DNA of 64,000 bases, taken from Tubiluchus corallicola. Its lineage: Eukaryota > Animalia > Priapulida. The notes under the pieces were generated by a model. That model had not been told where the DNA came from, did not search any database, and worked only from the letters and a program-made list of their open reading frames with translations. The translations under genes were made by a program, and so were the position numbers. The stretch spans positions 98,816 to 162,815 of the forward strand of contig JAQGDQ010000498.1 in assembly GCA_030141605.1 (NCBI GenBank), given 5' to 3'. How positions within the stretch are numbered: position 1 is the first letter of the stretch; each line of letters opens with the position of its first letter. This document shows, piece by piece, positions 25,588 to 54,503 of the stretch.

Positions 25588-26949
25588 TGCTTATCCAGCA
25601 GTGTTGCTTATTCAGCAGTGGCTGCTTATTCAGCAGGGTTGCTTATTCAGCAGTGGTTGTTTATTCAGCAGAGCTGCTTATTCAGCAGTGGTTGTTTATT
25701 CAGCAGGGTTGCTTATTTAGCAGTGTTGCTTATTCAGCAGGGTTGCTTATTTAGCAGTGTTGCTTATTCAGCAGTGGTTGTTTATTCAGCAGAGCTGCTT
25801 ATTCAGCAGTGGCTGCTTATTCAGCAGAGCTGCTTATTCAGCAGTGGTTGTTTATTCAGCAGAGCTGCTTATTCAGCAGAGCTGCTTATTCAGCAGTGGC
25901 TGCTTATTCAGCAGAGCTGCTTATTCAGCAGTGGTTGTTTATTCAGCAGAGCTGCTTATTCAGCAGTGGTTGTTTATTCAGCAGGGCTGCTTATTCAGCA
26001 GTGGTTGTTTATTCAGCAGAGCTGCTTATTCAGCAGTGGTTGTTTATTCAGCAGGGTTGCTTATTTAGCAGTGTTGCTTATTCAGCAGGGTTGCTTATTT
26101 AGCAGTGTTGCTTATTCAGCAGGGTTGCTTATTTAGCAGTGTTGCTTATTCAGCAGTGGTTGTTTATTCAGCAGAGCTGCTTATTCAGCAGTGGCTGCTT
26201 ATTCAGCAGAGCTGCTTATTCAGCAGTGGTTGTTTATTCAGCAGAGCTGCTTATTCAGCAGAGCTGCTTATTCAGCAGTGGCTGCTTATTCAGCAGAGCT
26301 GCTTATTCAGCAGTGGTTGTTTATTCAGCAGAGCTGCTTATTCAGCAGTGGTTGTTTATTCAGCAGGGTTGCTTATTCAGCAGTGGTTGTTTATTCAGCA
26401 GAGCTGCTTATTCAGCAGTGGTTGTTTATTCAGCAGGGTTGCTTATTTAGCAGTGTTGCTTATTCAGCAGGGTTGCTTATTTAGCAGTGTTGCTTATTCA
26501 GCAGTGGTTGTTTATTCAGCAGAGCTGCTTATTCAGCAGTGGCTGCTTATTCAGCAGAGCTGCTTATTCAGCAGTGGTTGTTTATTCAGCAGAGCTGCTT
26601 ATTCAGCAGAGCTGCTTATTCAGCAGTGGCTGCTTATTCAGCAGAGCTGCTTATTCAGCAGTGGTTGTTTATTCAGCAGAGCTGCTTATTCAGCAGTGGT
26701 TGTTTATTCAGCAGGGCTGCTTATTCAGCAGTGGTTGTTTATTCAGCAGGGTTGCTTATTTAGCAGTGTTGCTTATTCAGCAGTGGCTGCTTATTTAGCA
26801 GGGCTGCTTATTCAGCAGTGGTTGTTTATTCAGCAGTGGTTGCTTATTCAGCAGGGCTGCTTATTCAGCAGTGGTTGCTTATTCAGCAAGGGCTGCTTAT
26901 TCAGCAGTGGCTGCTTATTCAGCAGGGTTGCTTATTCAGCAGTGGCTGC
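25588..26949. repeat. 17/18-bp minisatellite with higher-order blocks, inside the Gypsy element
   Basis: (gctgcttattcagcagtg / gctgcttattcagcaga)n variants; near-identical ORFs start at 25757, 26139 and 26487. Confidence 0.97.
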
Positions 26950-28479
26950 GTTTGCTCCTGAAACTCCTCTTTTTATAGGAGGCTTATCTACTCTCGTCAC
27001 GTGACTTCTGTAGAGTTTTGTGTTTCTGGCGTCCTGGCAACAAATTGCCAGCTATTGCCCAATGTATATTTTGTTGATAAGTGATTATTATAATGTTAAT
27101 TTTACATAATAAATGTATTCAAGAATTATTTAAACACTTTACATGTTTCATTTTAACGTTATCGAAGATATAATGTAATTATTTAACATATTTAATTAAA
27201 TTTTGGGATATGTTGGTTTGTTGTCTCGCTCTGCATGTAAACAAAGATGGCGACGTCCTGACGCTGTTCATGCAAGTGCATCTAATTATTAAAGTCGCCG
27301 CTGATTCCATTCTTAGGGCGTTCATTAGCTAATTTACCGTTGTCAAAGGTAAAATAGCTGTTCTTCTTCAGAACAGTTAAGGCAAGGGGAGGTGAGTAAG
27401 TGTAAAACACTACAATAGTAATGCCAAGCCCCCTGATCTAGCCTGCTGTCCTTCGGCTCCCAGACTCAATCCCCTGAGCTGGGCGCATCACAAGGCTTAT
27501 ATATCGTGCGCCGAGCTTCGACACCTTGACGCCTACGCTTCGGTTCTGAATCACTTGCTCACGTGGCACCACTCCTTAACTGGGCTTCATGCCAGCATTC
27601 ATCAACATAATTATCTATCATAGTCTAATGCTTTTAACATAGTTTAACAGGTCCTCTTTTACTGCACGCGCCCCGAAGACAGGAAGCGATAAGAGTTTTA
27701 TAAACATTTGGAGACCTGCGGAGAGCCCAGCGACTAGTATATTTTCAATTTTGCGAATGCTAATTGTTTCCAGACCACTCTCACTGCTGGTCCAGGACCG
27801 GAAGACGGCACAGACGACGCCTCCTGTGAGATTAAGATTCGGGTATCCAGGTGCACGGCATAAATATTACTCTCTCAAGATTCGACAATGTTTAAATTCT
27901 AGGAAAAAATAAAGCTATGATGTTTGGAATCTGAAAAAATAACAATTTCGAAGTTGAAAAACTATTTTCTGAAAATATAAAGGGCAGTTCTGCCCGAATT
28001 TTTTGCAACCCGAAAATTTGGGGAGGGCAGACTCGTACGCCAATGGCTACTATTGAGTGGTTTTATTTTTACTAATTCACTGATATGTGCTTGAATTTGT
28101 GCCGATTTTTTTACCGAATTGTGTTTTAAGAATTCTGTCGCGAAGTTTGTCTCATAATTACTTCGCATTTGATCAACTTGACTTGTGAATATTACATTGT
28201 ATGTCTTCTTGCTCATCTCTCTTTCATAATTTTTTCATTTTTTTAGGCTTGCTATACATTGAAATAGCTTAAATTTCCCTTTAATCTTACTGTACTTATT
28301 TGCTTCTGAATGACCAGACCACTACATTAATACTGTTCTAGCCTTCTGTATTTAAGCTGTGTAAGACAGGTCTATCTTGAACATTTAGACATGTGGGCTA
28401 GCCAGTCTAATTGTTCCGCTGTGTTTTAGTATAGTGGTATTTTAGTATTGATAATAATAACCTAATTTTGTCGTTTGCG

Positions 28480-28920
28480 CGGCTAGTTCTTCGCTGTTAC
28501 ATGCTTTTTGTCATTCGTTAGTCAGATTGGCACTGTATTGCACAAAAAGAAGGTGCTGCACCACTTGGTTCAGAGGTGTTCGTTTGTGACGTAGTGCACA
28601 CATTTGAGAACTCATGCATGATCACAGTTGTAAATCTGAAGCTTGAATTTTTATCTTAAAACTTGGCAAGCTTTAGTATATCACACTGAGACGTTCTAAC
28701 AGTGCCACTGTACTTCAATTTTCGCTTTTGCAAACATGTGCAACACGCTCATGGAATATTTTGGCCCTTGAAAATTTTCGTTTCTGTTGTCATTAATAGA
28801 TGGCCTCGCCCGACGTTAATTAAGTTTTTAATCTATTATTTAATTGTCAGAAATGGTTCTGCAGTATTGTTGGTGTTAAATGGTTCTGTAATGGTTCTGC
28901 AGTATTGTTGGTGTTAAAAT
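28480..28920 (+). repeat. Dispersed repeat; inverted homolog at ~44630-45030
   Basis: Shared ttttgcaaacatgtgcaacacgctc; homologous pseudo-ORFs 28702-28917(+) and 44633-44866(-). Confidence 0.7.
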
Positions 28921-29747
28921 TTATACTTTCTGCTGTACTTAAGTATGGTGTAGGATATGAAGTCTTGACAACAGAAAGCTTGTTTCTTAAATGGCACACG
29001 TACGTTGTGGTGTAGCTTGCTTTGATCCGTCAGTGAGAAACGAAAATGTTGAGTTGACAGCTTTCCATCTACTTGCTTCTTCTAGTCCTTCTTAACTGCT
29101 TTTGCCAGTAATGCAGTTTGCACTAGAAAGGCTTGTAAATATGATTTTATTGTCAACCTCATTTCTATACCGACCGTAGATTTGTGAGCAATGGTGACTA
29201 CATCACTGCCGAGTTTATGCGTACATTTCAGTAAGACTTTTCACAGTTCCAGGGATTGATGATTATTGTGAAAAGGTCAAAGGTTAGGTGTACCCCTTGA
29301 CGACGCCTTGCACCCCATTGTGTTGTAATAGTAACAGTTTTAACAGCTAGCTAGAACCTTACGTAGTTCTCTATGCACAGACAACAATTGAAATGTACTA
29401 ACGTGGAAGACGGCTTTGCTTTACCCACATGTCATGTGACGGTTGTAGTTGCAGGAAATGCTTTGCTTCTCTGTCTATTTCTTAATTTACTATGAAGAGT
29501 GTGAACGGAGCAGTGTAGACTTTCTCCTTTATCTAACCCCCTCTTTTAGTGGTTTGAACTCACTAGTGTATTTAAATAATATACCATTAGTTTTGTTTAT
29601 TATATGTCAAATGTACATGTAAAGATGTGTTGGACTATGTACATAGACTGTGTATTTTTTATATTTTATTACTTATATTTACATTATAGTATATTTGTAT
29701 ATATCTTGTGATGTATTATTAGCACTTTCATAGTATTCATGGACTCG

Positions 29748-29975
29748 TGTCACAAACTTGTTTGAATTCAGAATACACGTTGTCACTCACTTGTTTGAAT
29801 TCAGAATACACGTTGTCACTCACTTGTTTGAATTCAGAATACACGTTGTCACTCACTTGTTTGAATTCAGAATACACGTTGTCACTCACTTGTTTGAATT
29901 CAGAATACACGTTGTCACTCACTTGTTTGAATTCAGAATACACGTTGTCACTCACTTGTTTGAATTCAGAATACA
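29748..29975. repeat. 33-bp tandem repeat, ~7 copies
   Basis: (ttgtttgaattcagaatacacgttgtcactcac)n. Confidence 0.95.
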
Positions 29976-30769
29976 GCAAGTGCTTCTTCCTGTATGTTTA
30001 AAGCTGTTCTTCAAAGCTGATTACAATATTTTACAATAGAGAATCCTAATCATTTATTGCTGTAACTCATTTGTAAGGCCCTATTATCAACGAGAAACAA
30101 ATAAAACTGCAGGTTAGTTTAATTTGTTGAGCAGCGTGTAAATTTCAATTAATCTAGAATTTTATTCTTACTAAATCTGATCTGTCATTGTTCCAGTTTT
30201 TGTTGAACCAGATACCTTGCGGGGATGACTCCTTAAAAGATGCAGGAAATGCTTTGGCTTTCTGTCCGAAGTTTCCAAGTTTTCTGTAAAAGCTTTAGTG
30301 TCAACTCCCCTCTCCCTTTCTCTCTCTAAAATAAACGGCTGCATTAATTTCCGTATGTGAAATATGAAAATATAGATGTATGTTGGGACATCTATAAATT
30401 ATGTATTTTTTTAAATATTTGAAGTACATTATTTTATTTGTTCTTTTGTTGTCATACTAATTCATATACAGGGTGTGCTATAAGTCACCATGCACTTTTC
30501 ATTCTAATTTTCTTTTTAAATTTTTCTCCAATCTCAGAAATCTCTTACATGAATCAAAAGAGCGCTTTGGCAATTGGTTTTACTTATTATTATTTTGTAC
30601 TGGAACCCCGTTGCTATGGCAACAGCAGTAATGATGCAAAACCAGCCTGGCACCCGGTCCTTTGATGACCAACTGAAGTTCAGAGGAAATTCAAAGCACC
30701 CAATGGACCACACTATTCTCTCATTATTAACTATGTTTTTCCAACAAGGTGCAGCCCTTCCTCATCTTT

Positions 30770-31567
30770 TCGCTCCGGTGCAGCACCAGTGTGGCTGTAG
30801 TACACTTTCTCAATGAAGACAGTTTCTCTCCGGTGCAGCACCAGTGTGGCTGTAGTACACTTTCTCAATGAAGGTTTCGCTCCGGTGCAGCACCGGTGTG
30901 GCTGTAGTACACTTTCTCAATGAAGAAGGTTTTCCTTCGATGCAGCACCGGTGTGGCTGTAGTACACTTTCTCAATGAAGTAGGTTTACCTCCGGTGCAG
31001 CACTGATGTGGCTGTAGTACACTTTCTCAATGAAGAAGGTTTTCCTTCGGTGCAGCACCGGTGTGGCTGTAGTACACTTTCTCAATGAAGTAGGTTTACC
31101 TCCGGTGCAGCACTGGTGTGGCTGTAGTACACTTTCTCAATGAAGGTTTCGCTCCGGTGCAGCACCGGTGTGGCTGTAGTACACTTTCTCAATGAAGGTT
31201 TCCCTCCGGTGCAGCACCGGTGTGGCTGTAGTACACTTTTTCAATGAAGAAGGTTTCCCTCCGGTGCAGCACCGGTGTGGCTGTAGTACACGTTCTCAAT
31301 GAAGTAGGTTTCCCTCCGGTGTGGCTGTAGTACACTTTCTCAATGAAGAAGGTTTCCCTCTGGTGCAGCACCGGTGTGGCTGTAGTACACTTTCTCAATG
31401 AAGGTTTCCCTCCGGTGCAGCACCGGTGTGGCTGTAGTACACTTTCTCAATGAAGAAGGTTTCCCTCCGGTGCAGCACCAGTGTGGCTGTAGTACACTTT
31501 CTCAATGAAGTAGGTTTCCCTCCAGTGCAGCACCAGTGTGGCTGTAGTATACTTTCTCAATGAAGAA
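30770..31567. repeat. 53-56-bp tandem repeat, ~15 copies
   Basis: ccggtgcagcaccggtgtggctgtagtacactttctcaatgaagaaggtttccct. Confidence 0.95.
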
Positions 31568-31749
31568 GGACTTGCCAGTGGATTGGCCGCTGAAAGTCTT
31601 CGGTGCCTGAAGGTAAGGAAAATAGCAAGCCTGCAAGTTTGTGTGTTTTCAGATTTTCTTCTAATTGCTCAAAGTTTCAGTTCATCTGTACCCATTTTCA
31701 TTTGTTTGTTAAAAAAATATTCTATTGTTAGTGCAAACTCTCGGTAGAT

Positions 31750-32440
31750 CCAGATTTATATAATTAACACTCCAAGTAATTATAAAGACATTCCATAAAA
31801 ACAATTCCCGCCTGGCATCAATCTGCAATATGCACAATCTTTTATCTCCTGTTGAATATGCACACAGATTTATATAATTAAGACTCCAAGTAATTATAAA
31901 GACAGTTATTAAAAACAATTCCCATCTGACATCAATATGCAATATGCACAATCTTTTATCTCCTGTTGAACATGCGCACGGATTTATATAATTAACACTC
32001 CAACAAGTAATTATAAAGACAGTTATTAAAAACAATTCCCATCTGACATCAATATGCAATATGCACAATCTTTTATCTCCTGTTAACATGCGCACGGATT
32101 TATATAATTAACACTCCAACAAGTAATTATAAAGACAGTTATTAAAAACAATTCCTGTCTGACATCAATCTGCAATCTGCACAATCTTTTATCTCCTGTT
32201 AACATGCACACAGATTTATATAATTAAGACTCCAAGTAATTATAAAGACAGTTATTAAAAACAATTCCCATCTGACATCAATATGCAATATGCACAATCT
32301 TTTATCTCCTGTTGAACATGCACACGGATTTATATAATTAACACTCCCAAGTAATTATAAAGACATTCCATAAAAACAATTCCCGCCTGACATCAATCTG
32401 CAATATGCACAATCTTTTATCTCCTGTTAACATGCGCACG
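31750..32440. repeat. ~115-bp tandem repeat, 6 copies
   Basis: atttatataattaacactccaagtaattataaagac...caatcttttatctcctgtt repeated. Confidence 0.92.
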
Positions 32441-33050
32441 CCATCAGCACAAATATGGAAAATGTTTAGTGACTTCTGGAACACCCTGTATTTGTGTTAT
32501 AATATGCTCAAAGATGGTATAACTTTCAAATATCTTATTTGGTTATGTGTAATTTGTTAATCCAGTTCAACTTGACAAAATGTAGGCCATATTGTTCGTG
32601 TAATGTAACACATCCATTGTCAGTATTCATGTTACTTATTTTAACTTAGAATAAACTAAATGACACTTATCAGTACAAAAATATTGTTCAGTGTTAACTA
32701 AAAAACTTTTTCCAATATATTTTTCAATAAAGTGTTCGTTATTTATAAGTAGTTGTTATGATGAATTGTCTGTAATGCCTCGTGTAGGACTGTAGAACCT
32801 AAATTGAGACAAAACCTGAACAAAGTAAGTAACCTTTTGAAATTGACATTAAATTGTCTTTAATTTCTCTCAATGGCGTTTCAAAGTATCGATTCACGTG
32901 GGAGTAAAACTTCAGTGAACTTGTAAATAAAGTGAATTGAAACAAATCAGCAGCTCTTGATGAAGGATTGTACAACAGCAGTTGAATGTCCCCAGACCTC
33001 TCTAGTCTTAATTTACTTTTTCCCTTAGTTGAAATCATTTCCATATAAAT

Positions 33051-33530
33051 CAGGGGTGTGCAAATTATCTGACTAGCCGGGCCACATTAAACTTTCCCAC
33101 AATTCCTGCGGGCCACGAGCAGTTTGATCAAGGAGTCAAGTACAGAAAGGCCTAATAACGATTTTTTTGCATCCGACCTGCGTACATCATTACTACTACA
33201 CTCAAGAAACTATTTTAGAAGTTATTAAAATTTATATTACAAACCATATATTTCTACTTTCAGGACAGATAGTGGTAATTTCATTACAATTCATATTAGT
33301 AATGTGTATCACACAGTCTGTGTAGTACAGTGTTATTAAGCTACAACCATCTTGTAAGGGTTAATGGCATCCGATCTAGTAGAAAAACTACGCGCACTAT
33401 CTTTGGGATCGTGGCATGGACTTCAGCTGGATACACTCAATTAATCGCCCGTGCCGCACTTTCATTAGGTTGACAAATCTCTTCGTGGGCCGCACATATT
33501 CTCTCGGCGGGCCGCAATTTGCACACCCCA
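33051..33530. mobile_element. hAT-like MITE
   Basis: caggggtgtgcaaatt ... aatttgcacacccc with subterminal gcgggccgca motifs; TSD not evident. Confidence 0.65.
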
Positions 33531-35420
33531 TTGAGTCATTTGCTTAGACAAAAGATTTAATATAAAATCAGATTATTTATAACATATTAATAATTTTATT
33601 GACGTCCACAATATACGGGGTTTACTAATCTCTGAATAAAACACAAATTTATATCAGCAAGGATTCAAGAAATGAACACTAGTTACACTAATCAGTTTTT
33701 GGTTGATTTGAAACAAGTGAATAGCATCAGTAATTGAGTAAAAATAGCAGGCTGGAATTGCAAAGCAAGAGCAAAGCTTGACCTTATTAAACATAAAAGT
33801 TTTATTACAACATAAAAGCAACCTTATTTAATATAAAAAGTCAATTACAACAATTGACCACTATCTACACACTACACAATCATGAATTTCCTATAATTAT
33901 GGTTGCTTTTCATAAAAATTATAATCGTTTACATAGTTTTGTACAATAGGAATTCAATACATACAAAAAGTGTAAAAGTATCTAGCTATGTAGTGCAAAT
34001 TTAAACATTTCTTAAGTCTAAATGAACAATAATTTCCTAAAACGATTAGCCATTATTATGAAAAGACGACTGTTAAATGACAGGCCTTTGGTCAGGTCTC
34101 TTGATAATCTACACATCTCACCAAGTGATGGACGCCAGCTGAAGTAACAACAAATGCCACACAGCAATGCAGTTCAATGATTTACAAACATGGCAGACAT
34201 AATTGTCACTTCTATTTACAGGAACAAAGCAGAATCTTCGAACTTGCTTCAGAAAATAGCATATAGTTCTATAGCAGAAACTATAACCAGTGACAGTATG
34301 AAAACTTATTGTCGAAATAGTTTCATTATAAAATGAAATGTTTTCCTTATACAATTTATTAAGTTACCCATATTAGAATTTATCCTCTATAAACAAAAAT
34401 TTCCAAAATAAAAAACATGCAATTTTCAGCACAATTATAATTCATTAACGGCAGTAACATCGACATTTTCCACGTGCGGGATGTGCGGGTTTTACTGCAG
34501 AACCCTTATCATGGCACTTCAATTGTCTGAACTCAATAGTACTTTTACACAACCCCTATTTAAACATCAGCTAGGAATGCTTAGCATAATCAAAAGTACA
34601 CATGACCACATAATACAGACTATAACTACATAATACATAAATTCACGTATAGCCTTTATCCACAAACATAATTACAATATTAATAATTGAACAGGAATGT
34701 GTTCTTAAGCTGCCGCAGAATCTAAATCACAGACAAATTCACAACCATTAAAATTTATCTGTATATTTAATACAAAAATGCATTTCTATAATACATAAAT
34801 CTTAAGAAACTATGCTTGATAAAAATGTAAATCACACGCTAAATTCCGTGAAACATGGCACAACACGGTATCAGATGGCAGCTTTTATTAACACTTTTAC
34901 GACGCATCACACGCACGCGATAAAAAGACGCAACGCACAACATTATTTTCAACAAAAATAGTGCTTGCTCAAATGGGGAAGAGACGCAAAATAATTACAA
35001 ATTACAATATTAAATACTTTTCATTTGGTAGAAAAAATGACGTCAAGGATGGAAAAATTCAAATCTTAGTTGGTGACTTGGCGCGTAGGTAAAGAAGGTT
35101 CAGCTTTGTATGCAAAATTTTGAATGTAAAGACAATAAGTAAAAGAAAATTTAGCTATACAAGATCACAGAGGCACAAGCAATCGTGAGCAAGTACCAAT
35201 TTTTACCAGCTGAAATTGATTCAGCAAAAACTTGGTTATCGTACGACTACTTGTCTTTTTGCAAATGACATCCGAAGAATTCAGTTGTACATTGGTGAAA
35301 TATCGACACAGATGCTATTGAGTACGACAGATTTCTTCTTTCTTTCCCTGTGATTTCATTTGTTTAAACAAGTTGAAAAGTTAATTTAACCTCCTACACG
35401 TAGTATGGCCATACATGTTT

Positions 35421-51963
<16,543 letters not shown>

Positions 51964-53299
51964 GTTTAAACGTTTCTGTACATTACCGTTATTTAAGCAC
52001 GCAGGTAAACATAATGAGCAAAGGTACAGAGTACAAATTGAACGCTGCGACGACAACGCCTCACCTGGTTGAACGGATTCACTTCAATCATTCTTTGTTA
52101 CTCATACCTGTAACGTAAGTACGGTACGTTATTATTAGTTAATATTATTAGTTAATGGTTATTATTGTTGTTCTAGTCAGATGCGTTAAACGAATTCTGT
52201 ATTAATTCGTAATTAGCTAATGAATTATCGGAATTTACCTGAAATACAAAGAATTATGAAATGAGAAATCAATCCTAAGTAGCACTTCACTAGCTCCAAT
52301 ATTATGATAAATGTATTTCTAGCTATTTTTAATTTTACAGATCGTGCAAAGCTGCTTAGACAAGCACGAACTTTTCATCAGCTGTCCACTAAAAGCACTT
52401 CGCACACGTCTAATTGAATACAGACTGAATCATAATAAATTTTTTGCATCATTAATGTCCATTTTGTGCTCGTTCTTTTGAAACACAACTTGTTTATAAG
52501 TAGTTTTTATAATAAATTGTCTGTAACACCTCGTGAAATGGCAAGAATTTAGACCGAGACTAGGCTTTCGCAAATTAGACGTTTGAAAGTAAAAAGCTTT
52601 CACTTAGACCAAAATTATTTTTAATTGTTCTTAATTCGCCCGATTCTACTTTTCCGACAAGGTATGATAAAGATGAAGCAATTACACTAGGTTTGATTTA
52701 CGGTACTGCACTGGAATAAATCTTTTCTATAACACGTAACACGACGGTCCTTAAGCATTAAAACACGCAAAGATTATGAGAGATACAGAACACTCGCCTA
52801 CAAGTATTCACAACAATACAAACGCCTCAGTTTCTCCAAAAATTATCGATCTGCTAAGCCACATGACACCCTACAGGCACCGTTAAGTAACGACATTAGC
52901 ATCTACGATTATCTTTGACTAAGCAATTTTGTTGTAGTTTGAAAACGTTTGTTAATTGCTTTGTTAATGTCGGATCAGTAATTAATAATTCTAGAGTCAT
53001 TGAACTCCTGAAAAATTTAGCGCCCTCTCACATTTGTGCCACGAGCGATTGCCTCCTACTGCCCCACTTTGCTACGCCTCTAGTGTAATTATCACAATGC
53101 GATCACGTTCACTTCTAGCATTTTTTATGAAAGTATACTTCGCGAGTGTGAGGCTTTGTTTTAACTACACAAACTTAACATAAATATTATGAAACTGTCT
53201 GTTAACCTCCATCATCATTTTCTGAATTCTAGATCCAAGTCTAAATAAATTTTAACTTGGTAACCATGTCCAATTATGATCTTTTTTCTTTTATTTATT

Positions 53300-53800
53300 A
53301 AAAATATCCACAATGATCATTACAGCATTGTACATAAAAGTATTTAATAATATATTTATTATTATGTGCACAAGATGCCAAGCCGCAAATGACCTGTGGG
53401 GTACTCAAGAAGTATTTACTTGTTTAGAGTACCCCAAATGAATGTGGACTGAGTGTAATAGAAAAGAGGACTAAAGGAGTAGAAGAAAGGTTAATAGAAC
53501 AATAGAAAGAAGAAGAAAGGTGTGATGGTATCTGTATGAAGTAACATGAACTATAGAAATGTAAAAATTGACATAGCCAGCAACACAATGGATTACGACA
53601 GGGGGACAGCAGTGTAATTAATCAAATTGGTTTATTCTGTATAATTAGAAAAGATTTCATTTTTAAAATTTCTTTTGCACTTATTTATAGATTGTAAACG
53701 TGGTTGTAAAAATATGCACTGCACATGTGCAGAAATTTAACTTGAGTTAATTTCACATTCCAGTTCCCTTGTTATAGAAACTTTAATCCCATACTAAATT
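53300..53800 (-). mobile_element. Probable LINE (CR1/L2-like) 3' remnant
   Basis: Decayed WN...FK-like ORF2 end followed by a UTR-like tail; weak. Confidence 0.35.
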
Positions 53801-54503
53801 TCATTGATCCACTGTTAATTCTTTTGTGTTCTCCATTGCTTTGCACTGATATATATATATATATATATTGTCGCTTATTGTACCGAGTACGTGATTGTAG
53901 TATTATGTGACCCATTTAATTGTCAGTCTACAACACTAATACTGAATTAGTCTATGCTGCCACATACAGTCGTTGTTTTACTCTAATTGTACAAAGTTTG
54001 TCAGAGATTGATTTTTGTTTCAAAATATTATTTCCTTTTGCTTTTATAGATATTCATTAATTGGAGTAATTAGGTTGTTAATTTCATGCTTTAATTCTGG
54101 TTCTAACTCTCTTATTCAAGTTTAAATAGAGAAAAATTATTGGACAGAAGAAAATCATTTTAATTACTCTAAATTTAAATTTATGTTGTATTGTCATCAT
54201 ACTTTTTTCAGTTTTGCATAGTGCTGCCACCTCCAGGTGTTCTTGTTAAAATTGTTAAAGCTTTCTCTTTACTGTTTAAATTTTCATTGGCTTCTACAGT
54301 CTTTATGAATGCATAATCTCTAAACCTGTTTTCACACCTAAATGATTTCACCTGTAGTTTTGATCACTTGGTATTCTGCTTTTCAACATGACACTACTTC
54401 ACTGTTTATGTAGACATTTCAGAATAAAATCTTAAAACTACATTTCAAGTTTTTTGGTTTCTTCAAACCAAAAGTTTGGTAGCAGAGAGTAGTTGTTGTG
54501 ACC

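Larger units (their letters stand above)
22737..27414 (-). mobile_element. Ty3/Gypsy LTR retrotransposon, internally deleted (integrase plus extra ORF retained)
   Basis: Direct repeats ~22737-22967 and ~27185-27414, both starting TGT on the - strand; PPT AAGAAGGGGGAG abuts 22967; integrase ORF inside. Confidence 0.9.
30469..32488. mobile_element. Non-autonomous Tc1/mariner-type element with TA TSD, containing two tandem arrays
   Basis: TA|cagggtgtgctataagtcacca ... tagtgacttctggaacaccctg|TA, imperfect 22-bp TIRs. Confidence 0.8.

Noticed and set aside
25618-27004. Many overlapping ORFs up to 299 aa
   Set aside because: Products of a stop-poor 17/18-bp repeat
29748-31567. Regularly spaced repeats superficially like CRISPR arrays
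   Set aside because: No unique spacers, no cas genes, eukaryotic context
51964-52056. N-terminal extension of the ORF-track esterase exon
   Set aside because: Starts at a non-ATG codon; the ATG at 51963 gives a plausible signal peptide
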